From: Eledone cirrhosa
Taxonomy: Eukaryota
Assembly: GCA_964016885.1 (NCBI GenBank)
Contig: OZ024742.1
Span: 141,236,001-141,300,000 of the forward strand
Direction of reading: 5' to 3'
DNA: 64,000 nt
How positions within the stretch are numbered: the first letter of the stretch is position 1; each line of letters begins with the position of its first letter. The position numbers and the translations under genes are program-made. Shown here piece by piece: positions 23,001-38,000 of the stretch. Below the pieces are notes generated by a model that was not told the origin of the DNA, made no database searches, and saw nothing but the letters and a program-made list of their open reading frames with translations.

Positions 23001-26000
23001 TCGCCCTTTCTGCCAATCTCTCGCCCTTACTGCCAATCTCTCGTCCTTACTGCCAATCTCTCGCCCTTACTGCCAATCTCTCGCCCTTACTGCCAATCTC
23101 TCGCCCTTACTGCCAATCCATCGCCCTTCCTGCCAATCTCTCGCCCTTACTGCCAATCTCTCGCCCTTACAGCCAATCCATCGCCCTTACTGCCGATCTC
23201 TCGCCCTTACTGCCAATTCATCGCCCTTACTGCCAATCCATCGCCCTTTCTGCCAATCTCTCGCCCTTACTGCCAATCTCTCGTCCTTACTGCCAATCTC
23301 TCGCCCTTACTGCCAATCCATCGCCCTTCCTGCCAATCTCTCGCCCTTACTGCCAATCTCTCGCCCTTACTGCCGATCTCTCGCCCTTACTGCCAATTCA
23401 TCGCCCTTACTGCCAATCCATCGCCCTTTCTGCCAATCTCTCGCCCTTACTGCCAATCTCTCGCCCTTACTGCCAATCTCTCGCCCTTACTGCCAATCTC
23501 TCGCCCTTACTGCCAATCCATCGCCCTTACTGCCAATCTCTCGCCCTTACTGCCAATCTCTCGCCCTTACTGCCAATCCATCGCTCTTACTGCCAATCCA
23601 TCGCCCTTACTGCCAATCTCTCGCCCTTACTGCCAATCTCTCGCCCTTACTGCCAATCCATCGCCCTTCCTGCCAATCTCACGCCCTTACTGACAATCTC
23701 TCGCCCTTACTGCCAATCTCTCGCCCTTACTGCCAATCCATCGCCCTTACTGCCAATCTCTCGCCCTTACTGCCAATCTCTCGCCCTTACTGCCAATCTC
23801 TCGCCCTTACTGCCAATCTCCCCCCCTTATTGCCAATCTCTCGCCCTTACTGCCGATCTCTCGCCCTTACTGCCAATCTCTCGCCCTTACTGCCAATCTC
23901 TCGCCCTTACTGCCAATCTCTCGCCCTTACTGCCGATCTCTCGCCCTTACTGCCAATCTCTCGCCCTTACTGCCAATCTCTCGCCCTTACTGCCAATCTC
24001 TCGCCCTTACTGCCAATCTCTCGCCCTTACTGCCGATCTCTCGCCCTTACTGCCAATCTCTCGCCCTTACTGCCAATCTCTCGCCCTTACTGCCGATCTC
24101 TCGCCCTTACTGCCAATCTCTCGCCCTTACTGCCAATCTCTCGCCCTTACTGCCAATCCATTGCCCTTACTGCCAATCTCTCGCCCTTACTGCCAATCTC
24201 TCGCCCTTACTGCCAATCCATCGCCCTTACTGCCAATCTCTCGCCCTTACTGCCAATCTCTCGCCCTTACTGCCAATCCATTGCCCTTACTGCCGATCTC
24301 TCGCCCTTACTGCCAATCTCTCGCCCTTACTGCCAATCTCTCGCCCTTACTGCCAATCCATCGCCCTTACTGCCAATCCATCGCCCTTCCTGCCAATCTC
24401 TCGCCCTTACTGCCAATCCATCGCCCTTACTGCCAATCCATCGCCCTTACTGCCGATCTCTCGCCCTTACTGCCAATCTCTCGCCCTTACTGCCAATCTC
24501 TCGCCCTTACTGCCAATCCATTGCCCTTACTGCCAATCTCTCGCCCTTACTGCCAATCTCTCGCCCTTACTGCCAATCTCTCGCCCTTACTGCCGATCTC
24601 TCGCCCTTACTGCCAATCCATTGCCCTTACTGCCGATCTCTCGCCCTTACTGCCAATCTCTCGCCCTTACTGCCAATCTCTCGCCCTTACTGCCAATCCA
24701 TCGCCCTTACTGCCGATCTCTCGCCCTTACTGCCAATCTCTCGCCCTTACTGCCAATCTCTCGCCCTTACTGCCAATCCATTGCCCTTACTGCCAATCTC
24801 TCGCCCTTACTGCCAATCTCTCGCCCTTACTGCCAATCTCTCGCCCTTACTGCCAATCCATCGCCCTTACTGCCAATCTCTCGCCCTTACTGCCAATCTC
24901 TCGCCCTTACTGCCAATCCATCGCTCTTACTGCCAATCCATCGCCCTTACTGCCAATCTCTCGCCCTTACTGCCAATCTCTCGCCCTTACTGCCAATCTC
25001 TCGCCCTTACTGCCAATCCATCGCCCTTACTGCCAATCCATCGCCCTTCCTGCCAATCTCTCGCCCTTACTGCCAATCTCTCGCCCTTACTGCCAATCTC
25101 TCGCCCTTACTGCCAATCTCTCGCCCTTACTGCCAATCTCCCCCCCTTATTGCCAATCTCTCGCCCTTACTGCCGATCTCTCGCCCTTACTGCCAATCTC
25201 TCGCCCTTACTGCCAATCTCTCGCCCTTACTGCCAATCCATCGCCCTTACTGCCAATCTCTCACCCTTACTGCCGATCTCTCGCCCTTACTGCCAATCTC
25301 TCGCCCTTACTGCCAATCCATCGCCCTTACTGCCAATCTCTCGCCCTTACTGCCAATCTCTCGTCCTTACTGCCAATCTCTCGCCCTTACTGCCAATCTC
25401 TCGCCCTTACTGCCAATCCATCGCCCTTACTGCCAATCTCTCGCCCTTACTGCCAATCTCTCGTCCTTACTGCGAATCTCTCGCCCTTACTGCCAATCTC
25501 TCGCCCTTACTGCCAATCCATCGCCCTTACTGCCAATCTCTCGCCCTTACTGCCAATCTCTCACCCTTACTGCCGATCTCTCGCCCTTACTGCCAATCTC
25601 TCGCCCTTACTGCCAATCCATCGCCCTTACTGCCAATCTCTCGCCCTTACTGCCGATCTCTCGCCCTTACTGCCAATTCATCGCCCTTACTGCCAATCCA
25701 TCGCCCTTTCTGCCAATCTCTCGCCCTTACTGCCAATCTCTCGTCCTTACTGCCAATCTCTCGCCCTTACTGCCAATCTCTCGCCCTTACTGCCAATCTC
25801 TCACCCTTACTGCCGATCTCTCGCCCTTACTGCCAATCTCTCGCCCTTACTGCCAATCTCTCGCCCTTACTGCCAATCTCTCGCCCTTACTGCCAATCTC
25901 TCGCCCTTACTGCCAATCTCTCGCCCTTACTGCCAATCTCTCACCCTTACTGCCGATCTCTCGCCCTTACTGCCAATCTCTCGCCCTTACTGCCAATCTC

Positions 26001-29000
26001 TCGCCCTTACTGCCAATCTCTCGCCCTTACTGCCAATCTCTCGCCCTTACTGCCAATATCTCGCCCTTACTGCCAATCTCTCGCCCTTACTGCCAATCTC
26101 TCGCCCTTACTGCCAATCCATCGCCCTTCCTGCCAATCTCTCGCCCTTACTTCCAATCTCTCGCCCTTACTGCCAATCTCTCGCCCTTACTGCCAATCTC
26201 TCGCCCTTACTGCCAATCTCTCGCCCTTACTGCCGATCTCTCGCCCTTACTGCCAATCTCTCGCCCTTACTGCCAATCTCTCGCCCTTACTGCCAATCTC
26301 TCGCCCTTACTGCCGATCTCTCGCCCTTACTGCCAATCCATCGCCCTTCCTGCCAATCTCTCGCCCTTACTGCCAATCTCTCGCCCTTACTGCCAATCTC
26401 TCGCCCTTACTGCCGATCTCCCCCCCTTACTGCCAATCTCTCGCCCTTACTGCCAATCTCCCCCCCTTACTGCCAATCTCCCCCCCTTACTGCCAATCTC
26501 CCCCCCTTACTGCCAATCTCTCGCCCTTACTGCCAATCTCTCGCCCTTACTGCCGATCTCTCGCCCTTACTGCCAATCCATCGCCCTTACTGCCAATCTC
26601 TCGCCCTTACTGCCAATCTCTCGCCCTTACTGCCGATCTCTAGCCCTTACTGCCAATCCATCGCCCTTACTGCCAATCTCTCGCCCTTACTGCCAATCTC
26701 TCGCCCTTACTGCCAATCTCTCGCCCTTACTGCCAATCTCTCGCCCTTACTGCCAATCCATCGCCCTTCCTGCCAATCTCTCGCCCTTACTGCCAATCTC
26801 TCGCCCTTACTGCCGATCTCTCGCCCTTACTGCCAATCCATCGCCCTTACTGCCAATCTCTCGCCCTTACTGCCAATCTCTCGCCCTTACTGCCAATCTC
26901 TCGCCCTTACTGCCAATCCATCGCCCTTCCTGCCAATCTCTCGCCCTTACTGCCAATCTCTCGCCCTTACTGCCAATCCATCGCCCTTACTGCCAATCTC
27001 TCGCCCTTACTGCCAATCTCTCGCCCTTACTGCCAATTCATCGCCCTTACTGCCAATCCATCGCCCTTTCTGCCAATCTCTCGCCCTTACTGCCAATCTC
27101 TCGTCCTTACTGCCAATCTCTCGCCCTTACTGCCAATCTCTCGCCCTTACTGCCAATCTCTCGCCCTTACTGCCAATCCATCGCCCTTCCTGCCAATCTC
27201 TCGCCCTTACTGCCAATCTCTCGCCCTTACAGCCAATCCATCGCCCTTACTGCCGATCTCTCGCCCTTACTGCCAATTCATCGCCCTTACTGCCAATCCA
27301 TCGCCCTTTCTGCCAATCTCTCGCCCTTACTGCCAATCTCTCGTCCTTACTGCCAATCTCTCGCCCTTACTGCCAATCCATCGCCCTTCCTGCCAATCTC
27401 TCGCCCTTACTGCCAATCTCTCGCCCTTACTGCCGATCTCTCGCCCTTACTGCCAATTCATCGCCCTTACTGCCAATCCATCGCCCTTTCTGCCAATCTC
27501 TCGCCCTTACTGCCAATCTCTCGCCCTTACTGCCAATCTCTCGCCCTTACTGCCAATCTCTCGCCCTTACTGCCAATCCATCGCCCTTACTGCCAATCTC
27601 TCGCCCTTACTGCCAATCTCTCGCCCTTACTGCCAATCCATCGCTCTTACTGCCAATCCATCGCCCTTACTGCCAATCTCTCGCCCTTACTGCCAATCTC
27701 TCGCCCTTACTGCCAATCCATCGCCCTTCCTGCCAATCTCACGCCCTTACTGACAATCTCTCGCCCTTACTGCCAATCTCTCGCCCTTACTGCCAATCCA
27801 TCGCCCTTACTGCCAATCTCTCGCCCTTACTGCCAATCTCTCGCCCTTACTGCCAATCTCTCGCCCTTACTGCCAATCTCCCCCCCTTATTGCCAATCTC
27901 TCGCCCTTACTGCCGATCTCTCGCCCTTACTGCCAATCTCTCGCCCTTACTGCCAATCTCTCGCCCTTACTGCCAATCTCTCGCCCTTACTGCCGATCTC
28001 TCGCCCTTACTGCCAATCTCTCGCCCTTACTGCCAATCTCTCGCCCTTACTGCCAATCTCTCGCCCTTACTGCCAATCTCTCGCCCTTACTGCCGATCTC
28101 TCGCCCTTACTGCCAATCTCTCGCCCTTACTGCCAATCTCTCGCCCTTACTGCCGATCTCTCGCCCTTACTGCCAATCTCTCGCCCTTACTGCCAATCTC
28201 TCGCCCTTACTGCCAATCCATTGCCCTTACTGCCAATCTCTCGCCCTTACTGCCAATCTCTCGCCCTTACTGCCAATCCATCGCCCTTACTGCCAATCTC
28301 TCGCCCTTACTGCCAATCTCTCGCCCTTACTGCCAATCCATTGCCCTTACTGCCGATCTCTCGCCCTTACTGCCAATCTCTCGCCCTTACTGCCAATCTC
28401 TCGCCCTTACTGCCAATCCATCGCCCTTACTGCCAATCCATCGCCCTTCCTGCCAATCTCTCGCCCTTACTGCCAATCCATCGCCCTTACTGCCAATCCA
28501 TCGCCCTTACTGCCGATCTCTCGCCCTTACTGCCAATCTCTCGCCCTTACTGCCAATCTCTCGCCCTTACTGCCAATCCATTGCCCTTACTGCCAATCTC
28601 TCGCCCTTACTGCCAATCTCTCGCCCTTACTGCCAATCTCTCGCCCTTACTGCCGATCTCTCGCCCTTACTGCCAATCCATTGCCCTTACTGCCGATCTC
28701 TCGCCCTTACTGCCAATCTCTCGCCCTTACTGCCAATCTCTCGCCCTTACTGCCAATCCATCGCCCTTACTGCCGATCTCTCGCCCTTACTGCCAATCTC
28801 TCGCCCTTACTGCCAATCTCTCGCCCTTACTGCCAATCCATTGCCCTTACTGCCAATCTCTCGCCCTTACTGCCAATCTCTCGCCCTTACTGCCAATCTC
28901 TCGCCCTTACTGCCAATCCATCGCCCTTACTGCCAATCTCTCGCCCTTACTGCCAATCTCTCGCCCTTACTGCCAATCCATCGCTCTTACTGCCAATCCA

Positions 29001-32000
29001 TCGCCCTTACTGCCAATCTCTCGCCCTTACTGCCAATCTCTCGCCCTTACTGCCAATCTCTCGCCCTTACTGCCAATCCATCGCCCTTACTGCCAATCCA
29101 TCGCCCTTCCTGCCAATCTCTCGCCCTTACTGCCAATCTCTCGCCCTTACTGCCAATCTCTCGCCCTTACTGCCAATCCATCGCCCTTACTGCCAATCCA
29201 TCGCCCTTCCTGCCAATCTCTCGCCCTTACTGCCAATCTCTCGCCCTTACTGCCAATCCATCGCCCTTACTGCCAATCCATCGCCCTTCCTGCCAATCTC
29301 TCGCCCTTACTGCCAATCTCTCACCCTTACTGCCGATCTCTCGCCCTTACTGCCAATCCATCGCCCTTCCTGCCAATCCATCGCCCTTCCTGCCAATCTC
29401 TCACCCTTACTGCCGATCTCTCGCCCTTACTGCCAATTCATCGCCCTTACTGCCAATCCATCGCCCTTTCTGCCAATCTCTCGCCCTTACTGCCAATCTC
29501 TCGCCCTTACTGCCAATCTCTCGCCCTTACTGCCAATCTCTCGCCCTTACTGCCAATCCATCGCCCTTCCTGCCAATCTCTCGCCCTTACTGCCAATCTC
29601 TCGCCCTTACTGCCAATCCATCGCTCTTACTGCCAATCCATCGCCCTTACTGCCAATCTCTCGCCCTTACTGCCAATCTCTCGCCCTTACTGCCAATCTC
29701 TCGCCCTTACTGCCAATCTCTCGCCCTTACTGCCAATCTCCCCCCCTTACTGCCAATCTCTCGCCCTTACTGCCAATCTCTCGCCCTTACTGCCAATCCA
29801 TCGCCCTTACTGCCAATCCATCGCCCTTCCTGCCAATCTCTCGCCCTTACTGCCAATCTCTCGCCCTTACTGCCAATCTCTCCCCCTTACTGCCAATCTC
29901 TCGCCCTTACTGCCAATCTCTCGCCCTTACTGCCAATCTCTCGCCCTTACTGCCAATCTCTCGCCCTTACTGCCAATCTCTCGCCCTTACTGCCAATCCA
30001 TCGCCCTTCCTGCCAATCTCTCGCCCTTACTGACAATCTCTCGCCCTTACTGCCAATCTCTCGCCCTTACTGCCAATCCATCGCCCTTACTGCCAATCTC
30101 TCGCCCTTACTGCCAATCTCTCGCCCTTACTGCCAATCTCTCGCCCTTACTGCCAATCTCCCCCCCTTACTGCCAATCTCTCGCCCTTACTGCCAATCTC
30201 TCGCCCTTACTGCCAATCCATCGCCCTTACTGCCAATCCATCGCCCTTCCTGCCAATCTCTCGCCCTTACTGCCAATCTCTCGCCCTTACTGCCAATCTC
30301 TCCCCCTTACTGCCAATCTCTCGCCCTTACTGCCAATCTCTCGCCCTTACTGCCAATCTCTCGCCCTTACTGCCAATCTCTCGCCCTTACTGCCAATCTC
30401 TCGCCCTTACTGCCAATCTCTCGCCCTTACTGCCAATCTCCCCCCCTTACTGCCAATCTCTCGCCCTTACTGCCAATCTCTCGCCCTTACTGCCAATCCA
30501 TCGCCCTTACTGCCAATCCATCGCCCTTCCTGCCAATCTCTCGCCCTTACTGCCAATCTCTCGCCCTTACTGCCAATCTCTCCCCCTTACTGCCAATCTC
30601 TCGCCCTTACTGCCAATCTCTCGCCCTTACTGCCAATCTCTCGCCCTTACTGCCAATCTCTCGCCCTTACTGCCAATCTCTCGCCCTTACTGCCAATCCA
30701 TCGCCCTTACTGCCAATCTCTCGCCCTTACTGCCAATCTCTCGCCCTTACTGCCAATCTCTCGCCCTTACTGCCAATCCATCGCCCTTACTGCCAATCCA
30801 TCGCCCTTCCTGCCAATCTCTCGCCCTTACTGCCAATCTCTCGCCCTTACTGCCAATCTCTCCCCCTTACTGCCAATCTCTCGCCCTTACTGCCAATCTC
30901 TCGCCCTTACTGCCAATCTCTCGCCCTTACTGCCAATCTCTCGCCCTTACTGCCAATCTCTCGCCCTTACTGCCAATCCATCGCCCTTACTGCCAATCTC
31001 TCGCCCTTACTGCCAATCTCTCGCCCTTACTGCCAATCTCTCGCCCTTACTGCCAATCTCCCCCCCTTACTGCCAATCTCTCGCCCTTACTGCCAATCTC
31101 TCGCCCTTACTGCCAATCCATCGCCCTTACTGCCAATCCATCGCCCTTCCTGCCAATCTCTCGCCCTTACTGCCAATCTCTCGCCCTTACTGCCAATCTC
31201 TCCCCCTTACTGCCAATCTCTCGCCCTTACTGCCAATCTCTCGCCCTTACTGCCAATCCATCGCCCTTACTGCCAATCTCTCGCCCTTACTGCCAATCTC
31301 TCGCCTTTACTGCCAATCTCTCGCCCTTCCTGCCAATCTCTCGCCCTTACTGCCAATCTCTCGCCCTTACTGCCAATCTCTCCCCCTTACTGCCAATCTC
31401 TCGCCCTTACTGCCAATCTCTCGCCCTTACTGCCAATCTCTCGCCCTTACTGCCAATCTCTCGCCCTTACTGCCAATCTCTCGCCCTTACTGCCAATCCA
31501 TCGCCCTTACTGCCAATCTCTCGCCCTTACTGCCAATCTCTCGCCTTTACTGCCAATCTCTCGCCCTTACTGCCAATCCATCGCCCTTTCTGCCAATCTC
31601 TCGCCCTTACTGCCAATCTCTCGCCCTTACTGCCAATCTCTCGCCCTTACTGCCAATCTCTCGCCCTTACTGCCAATCCATCGCCCTTACTGCCAATCTC
31701 TCGCCCTTACTGCCAATCTCTCGCCCTTACTGACAATCCATCGCTCTTACTGCCAATCCATCGCCCTTACTGCCAATCTCTCGCCCTTACTGCCAATCTC
31801 TCGCCCTTACTGCCAATCCATCGCCCTTCCTGCCAATCTCTCGCCCTTACTGACAATCTCTCGCCCTTACTGCCAATCTCTCGCCCTTACTGCCAATCCA
31901 TCGCCCTTCCTGCCAATCTCTCGCCCTTACTGACAATCTCTCGCCCTTACTGCCAATCTCTCGCCCTTACTGCCAATCTCTCGCCCTTACTGCCAATCTC

Positions 32001-35000
32001 TCGTCCTTACTGCCAATCTCTCGCCCTTACTGCCAATCTCTCGCCCTTACTGCCAATCTCTCGCCCTTACTGCCAATCTCCCCCCCTTACTGCCAATCTC
32101 TCGCCCTTACTGCCAATCTCTCGCCCTTACTGCCAATCCATCGCCCTTACTGCCAATCCATCGCCCTTCCTGCCAATCTCTCGCCCTTACTGCCAATCTC
32201 TCGCCCTTACTGCCAATCTCTCCCCCTTACTGCCAATCTCTCGCCCTTACTGCCAATCTCTCGCCCTTACTGCCAATCTCTCGCCCTTACTGCCAATCTC
32301 TCGCCCTTACTGCCAATCTCTCGCCCTTACTGCCAATCTCTCGCCCTTACTGCCAATCCATCGCCCTTACTGCCAATCTCTCGCCCTTACTGCCAATCTC
32401 TCGCCCTTACTGCCAATCCATCGCCCTTACTGCCAATCCATCGCCCTTCCTGCCAATCTCTCGCCCTTACTGCCAATCTCTCGCCCTTACTGCCAATCTC
32501 TCGCCCTTACTGCCAATCTCTCGCCCTTACTGCCAATCCATCGCCCTTACTGCCAATCTCTCGCCCTTACTGCCAATCTCTCGCCTTTACTGCCAATCTC
32601 TCGCCCTTACTGCCAATCTCTCGCCCTTACTGCCAATCTCTCGCCCTTACTGCCAATCTCCCCCCCTTACTGCCAATCTCTCGCCCTTACTGCCAATCTC
32701 TCGCCCTTACTGCCAATCCATCGCCCTTACTGCCAATCCATCGCCCTTCCTGCCAATCTCTCGCCCTTACTGCCAATCTCTCGCCCTTACTGCCAATCTC
32801 TCCCCCTTACTGCCAATCTCTCGCCCTTACTGCCAATCTCTCGCCCTTACTGCCAATCTCTCGCCCTTACTGCCAATCTCTCGCCCTTACTGCCAATCTC
32901 TCGCCCTTACTGCCAATCTCTCGCCCTTACTGCCAATCTCTCGCCCTTACTGCCAATCTCTCCCCCTTACTGCCAATCTCTCGCCCTTACTGCCAATCCA
33001 TCGCCCTTACTGCCAATCCATCGCCCTTCCTGTCAATCTCTCGCCCTTACTGCCAATCTCTCGCCCTTACTGCCAATCTCTCCCCCTTACTGCCAATCTC
33101 TCGCCCTTACTGCCAATCTCTCGCCCTTACTGCCAATCTCTCGCCCTTACTGCCAATCTCTCGCCCTTACTGCCAATCTCTCGCCCTTACTGCCAATCTC
33201 TCGCCCTTACTGCCAATCTCTCGCCCTTACTGCCAATCTCTCCCCCTTACTGCCAATCTCTCGCCCTTACTGCCAATCCATCGCCCTTACTGCCAATCTC
33301 TCGCCCTTACTGCCAATCTCTCGCCCTTACTGCCAATCTCTCGCCTTTACTGCCAATCTCTCGCCCTTACTGCCAATCTCTCGCCCTTACTGCCAATCCA
33401 TCGCCCTTACTGCCAATCCATCGCCCTTCCTGCCAATCCCTCGCCCTTACTGCCAATCTCTCGCCCTTACTGCCAATCTCTCGCCCTTACTGCCAATCCA
33501 TCGCCCTTACTGCCAATCTCTCGCCCTTACTTCCAATCTCTCGCCCTTACTGCCAATCTCTCCCCCTTACTGCCAATTCATCGCCCTTTCTGCCAATCCA
33601 TCGCCCTTACTGCCAATCTCTCGCCCTTACTGCCAATCTCTCGCCCTTACTGCCAATCTCTCGCCCTTACTGCCGATCTCTCGCCCTTACTGCCAATCTC
33701 TCGCCCTTACTGCCAATCTCTCCCCCTTACTGCCAATCTCTCGCCCTTACTGCCAATCCATCGCCCTTACTGCCAATCCATCGCCCTTACTGCCAATCTC
33801 TCGCCCTTACTGCCAATCTCTCGCCTTTACTGCCAATCTCTCGCCCTTACTGCCAATCTCTCGCCCTTACTGCCAATCCATCGCCCTTCCTGCCAATCTC
33901 TCGCCCTTACTGCCAATCTCTCGCGCTTACTGCCAATCTCTCGCCCTTACTGCCAATCCATCGCCCTTACTGCCGATCTCTCGCCCTTACTGCCAATTCA
34001 TCGCCCTTACTGCCAATCCATCGCCCTTTCTGCCAATCTCTCGCCCTTACTGCCAATCTCTCGTCCTTACTGCCAATCTCTCGCCCTTACTGCCAATCTC
34101 TCGCCCTTACTGCCAATCTCTCGCCCTTACTGCCAATCTCTCGCCCTTACTGCCAATCTCTCGCCCTTACTGCCAATCCATCGCCCTTCCTGCCAATCTC
34201 TCGCCCTTACTGCCAATCTCTCGCCCTTACTGCCGATCTCTCGCCCTTACTGCCAATCCATCGCCCTTACTGCCAATCTCTCGCCCTTACTGCCAATCAC
34301 TCGCCCTTACTGCCAATCCATCGCCCTTACTGCCAATCCATCGCCCTTCCTGCCAATCTCTCGCCCTTACTGCCAATCTCTCGCCCTTACTGCCAATCTC
34401 TCGCCCTTACAGCCAATCCATCGCCCTTACTGCCGATCTCTCGCCCTTACTGCCAATCTCTCGCCCTTACTGCCGATCTCTCGCCCTTACTGCCAATCTC
34501 TCGCCCTTACTGCCAATCTCTCGCCCTTACAGCCAATCCATCGCCCTTACTGCCGATCTCTCGCCCTTACTGCCAATCTCTCGCCCTTACTGCCAATCTC
34601 TCGCCCTTACTGCCAATCTCTCGCCCTTACAGCCAATCCATCGCCCTTACTGCCGATCTCTCGCCCTTCCTGCCAATCTCTCGCCCTTACTGCCAATCTC
34701 TCGCCCTTACTGCCAATCTCTCGCCCTTACAGCCAATCCATCGCCCTTACTGCCGATCTCTCGCCCTTACTGCCAATTCATCGCCCTTACTGCCAATCCA
34801 TCGCCCTTACTGCCAATCTCTCGCCCTTACTGCCAATCTCTCGCCCTTACTGCCAATCCATCGCCCTTACTGCCAATCTCTCGCCCTTACTGCCAATCTC
34901 TCGCCCTTACTGCCAATCCATCGCTCTTACTGCCAATCCATCGCCCTTACTGCCAATCTCTCGCCCTTACTGCCAATCTCTCGCCCTTACTGCCAATCCA

Positions 35001-38000
35001 TCGCCCTTCCTGCCAATCTCACGCCCTTACTGACCATCTCTCGCCCTTACTGCCAATCTCTCGCCCTTACTGCCAATCCATCGCCCTTACTGCCAATCTC
35101 TCGCCCTTACTGCCAATCTCTCGCCCTTACTGCCAATCTCTCGCCCTTACTGCCAATCTCCCCCCCTTATTGCCAATCTCTCGCCCTTACTGCCGATCTC
35201 TCGCCCTTACTGCCAATCTCTCGCCCTTACTGCCAATCTCTCGCCCTTACTGCCAATCTCTCGCCCTTACTGCCAATCACTCGCCCTTACTGCCAATCCA
35301 TCGCCCTTACTGCCAATCCATCGCCCTTCCTGCCAATCTCTCGCCCTTACTGCCAATCTCTCGCCCTTACTGCCAATCTCTCGCCCTTACAGCCAATCCA
35401 TCGCCCTTACTGCCGATCTCTCGCCCTTACTGCCAATCTCTCGCCCTTACTGCCGATCTCTCGCCCTTACTGCCAATCTCTCGCCCTTACTGCCAATCTC
35501 TCGCCCTTACAGCCAATCCATCGCCCTTACTGCCGATCTCTCGCCCTTACTGCCAATCTCTCGCCCTTACTGCCAATCTCTCGCCCTTACTGCCAATCTC
35601 TCGCCCTTACAGCCAATCCATCGCCCTTACTGCCGATCTCTCGCCCTTCCTGCCAATCTCTCGCCCTTACTGCCAATCTCTCGCCCTTACTGCCAATCTC
35701 TCGCCCTTACAGCCAATCCATCGCCCTTACTGCCGATCTCTCGCCCTTACTGCCAATTCATCGCCCTTACTGCCAATCCATCGCCCTTACTGCCAATCTC
35801 TCGCCCTTACTGCCAATCTCTCGCCCTTACTGCCAATCCATCGCCCTTACTGCCAATCTCTCGCCCTTACTGCCAATCTCTCGCCCTTACTGCCAATCCA
35901 TCGCTCTTACTGCCAATCCATCGCCCTTACTGCCAATCTCTCGCCCTTACTGCCAATCTCTCGCCCTTACTGCCAATCCATCGCCCTTCCTGCCAATCTC
36001 ACGCCCTTACTGACAATCTCTCGCCCTTACTGCCAATCTCTCGCCCTTACTGCCAATCCATCGCCCTTACTGCCAATCTCTCGCCCTTACTGCCAATCTC
36101 TCGCCCTTACTGCCAATCTCTCGCCCTTACTGCCAATCTCCCCCCCTTATTGCCAATCTCTCGCCCTTACTGCCGATCTCTCGCCCTTACTGCCAATCTC
36201 TCGCCCTTACTGCCAATCTCTCGCCCTTACTGCCAATCTCTCGCCCTTACTGCCAATCTCTCGCCCTTACTGCCGATCTCTCGCCCTTACTGCCAATCTC
36301 TCGCCCTTACTGCCAATCTCTCGCCCTTACTGCCAATCTCTCGCCCTTACTGCCAATCTCTCGCCCTTACTGCCAATCTCCCCCCCTTATTGCCAATCTC
36401 TCGCCCTTACTGCCGATCTCTCGCCCTTACTGCCAATCTCTCGCCCTTACTGCCAATCTCTCGCCCTTACTGCCGATCTCTCGCCCTTACTGCCAATCCA
36501 TCGCCCTTACTGCCAATCTCTCGCCCTTACTGCCAATCTCTCGCCCTTACTGCCGATCTCTCGCCCTTACTGCCAATCCATCGCCCTTACTGCCGATCTC
36601 TCGCCCTTACTGCCAATCTCTCGCCCTTACTGCCGATCTCTCGCCCTTACTGCCAATCCATCGCCCTTACTGCCAATCTCTCGCCCTTACTGCCAATCTC
36701 TCGCCCTTACTGCCAATCTCTCGCCCTTACTGCCAATCTCTCGCCCTTACTGCCAATCTCTCGCCCTTACTGCCAATCTCTCGCCCTTACTGCCAATCTC
36801 TCGCCCTTACTGCCAATCTCTCGCCCTTACTGCCGATCTCTCGCCCTTACTGCCAATCTCTCGCCCTTACTGCCAATCTCTCGCCCTTACTGCCAATCTC
36901 TCGCCCTTACTGCCAATCTCTCGCCCTTACTGCCAATCTCTCGCCCTTACTGCCAATCTCTCGCCCTTACTGCCAATCTCTCGCCCTTACTGCCGATCTC
37001 TCGCCCTTACTGCCAATCCATCGCCCTTACTGCCAATCTCTCGCCCTTACTGCCAATCTCTCGCCCTTACTGCCAATCTCTCGCCCTTACTGCCAATCCA
37101 TCGCCCTTACTGCCAATCTCTCGCCCTTACTGCCAATCTCTCGCCCTTACTGCCAATCTCTCGCCCTTACTGCCAATCTCTCGCCCTTACTGCCAATCTC
37201 TCGCCCTTACTGCCAATCTCTCGCCCTTACTGCCAATCTCTCGCCCTTACTGCCAATCTCTCGCCCTTACTGCCAATCTCTCGCCCTTACTGCCAATCTC
37301 TCGCCCTTACTGCCAATCTCTCGCCCTTACTGCCAATCTCTCGCCCTTACTGCCGATCTCTCGCCCTTACTGCCAATCCATCGCCCTTACTGCCGATCTC
37401 TCGCCCTTACTGCCAATCTCTCGCCCTTACTGCCAATCTCTCGCCCTTACTGCCAATCTCTCGCCCTTACTGCCAATCTCTCGCCCTTACTGCCAATCTC
37501 TCGCCCTTACTGCCGATCTCTCGCCTTTACTGCCAATCTCTCGCCCTTACTGCCAATCCATCGCCCTTACTGCCAATCTCTCGCCCTTACTGCCAATCTC
37601 TCGCCCTTACTGCCAATCTCTCGCCCTTACTGCCAATCTCTCGCCCTTACTGCCAATCTCTCGCCCTTACTGCCAATCTCTCCCCCTTACTGCCAATCTC
37701 TCGCCCTTACTGCCAATCCATCGCCCTTCCTGCCAATCTCTCGCCCTTACTGCCAATCTCTCGCCCTTCCTGCCAATCTCTCGCCCTTACTGCCAATCTC
37801 TCGCCCTTACTGCCAATCTCTCGCCCTTACTGCCAATCTCTCGACCTTACAGCCAATCCATCGCCCTTACTGCCGATCTCTCGCCCTTACTGCCAATTCA
37901 TCGCCCTTACTGCCAATCCATCGCCCTTTCTGCCAATCTCTCGCCCTTACTGCCAATCTCTCGTCCTTACTGCCAATCTCTCGCCCTTACTGCCAATCCA

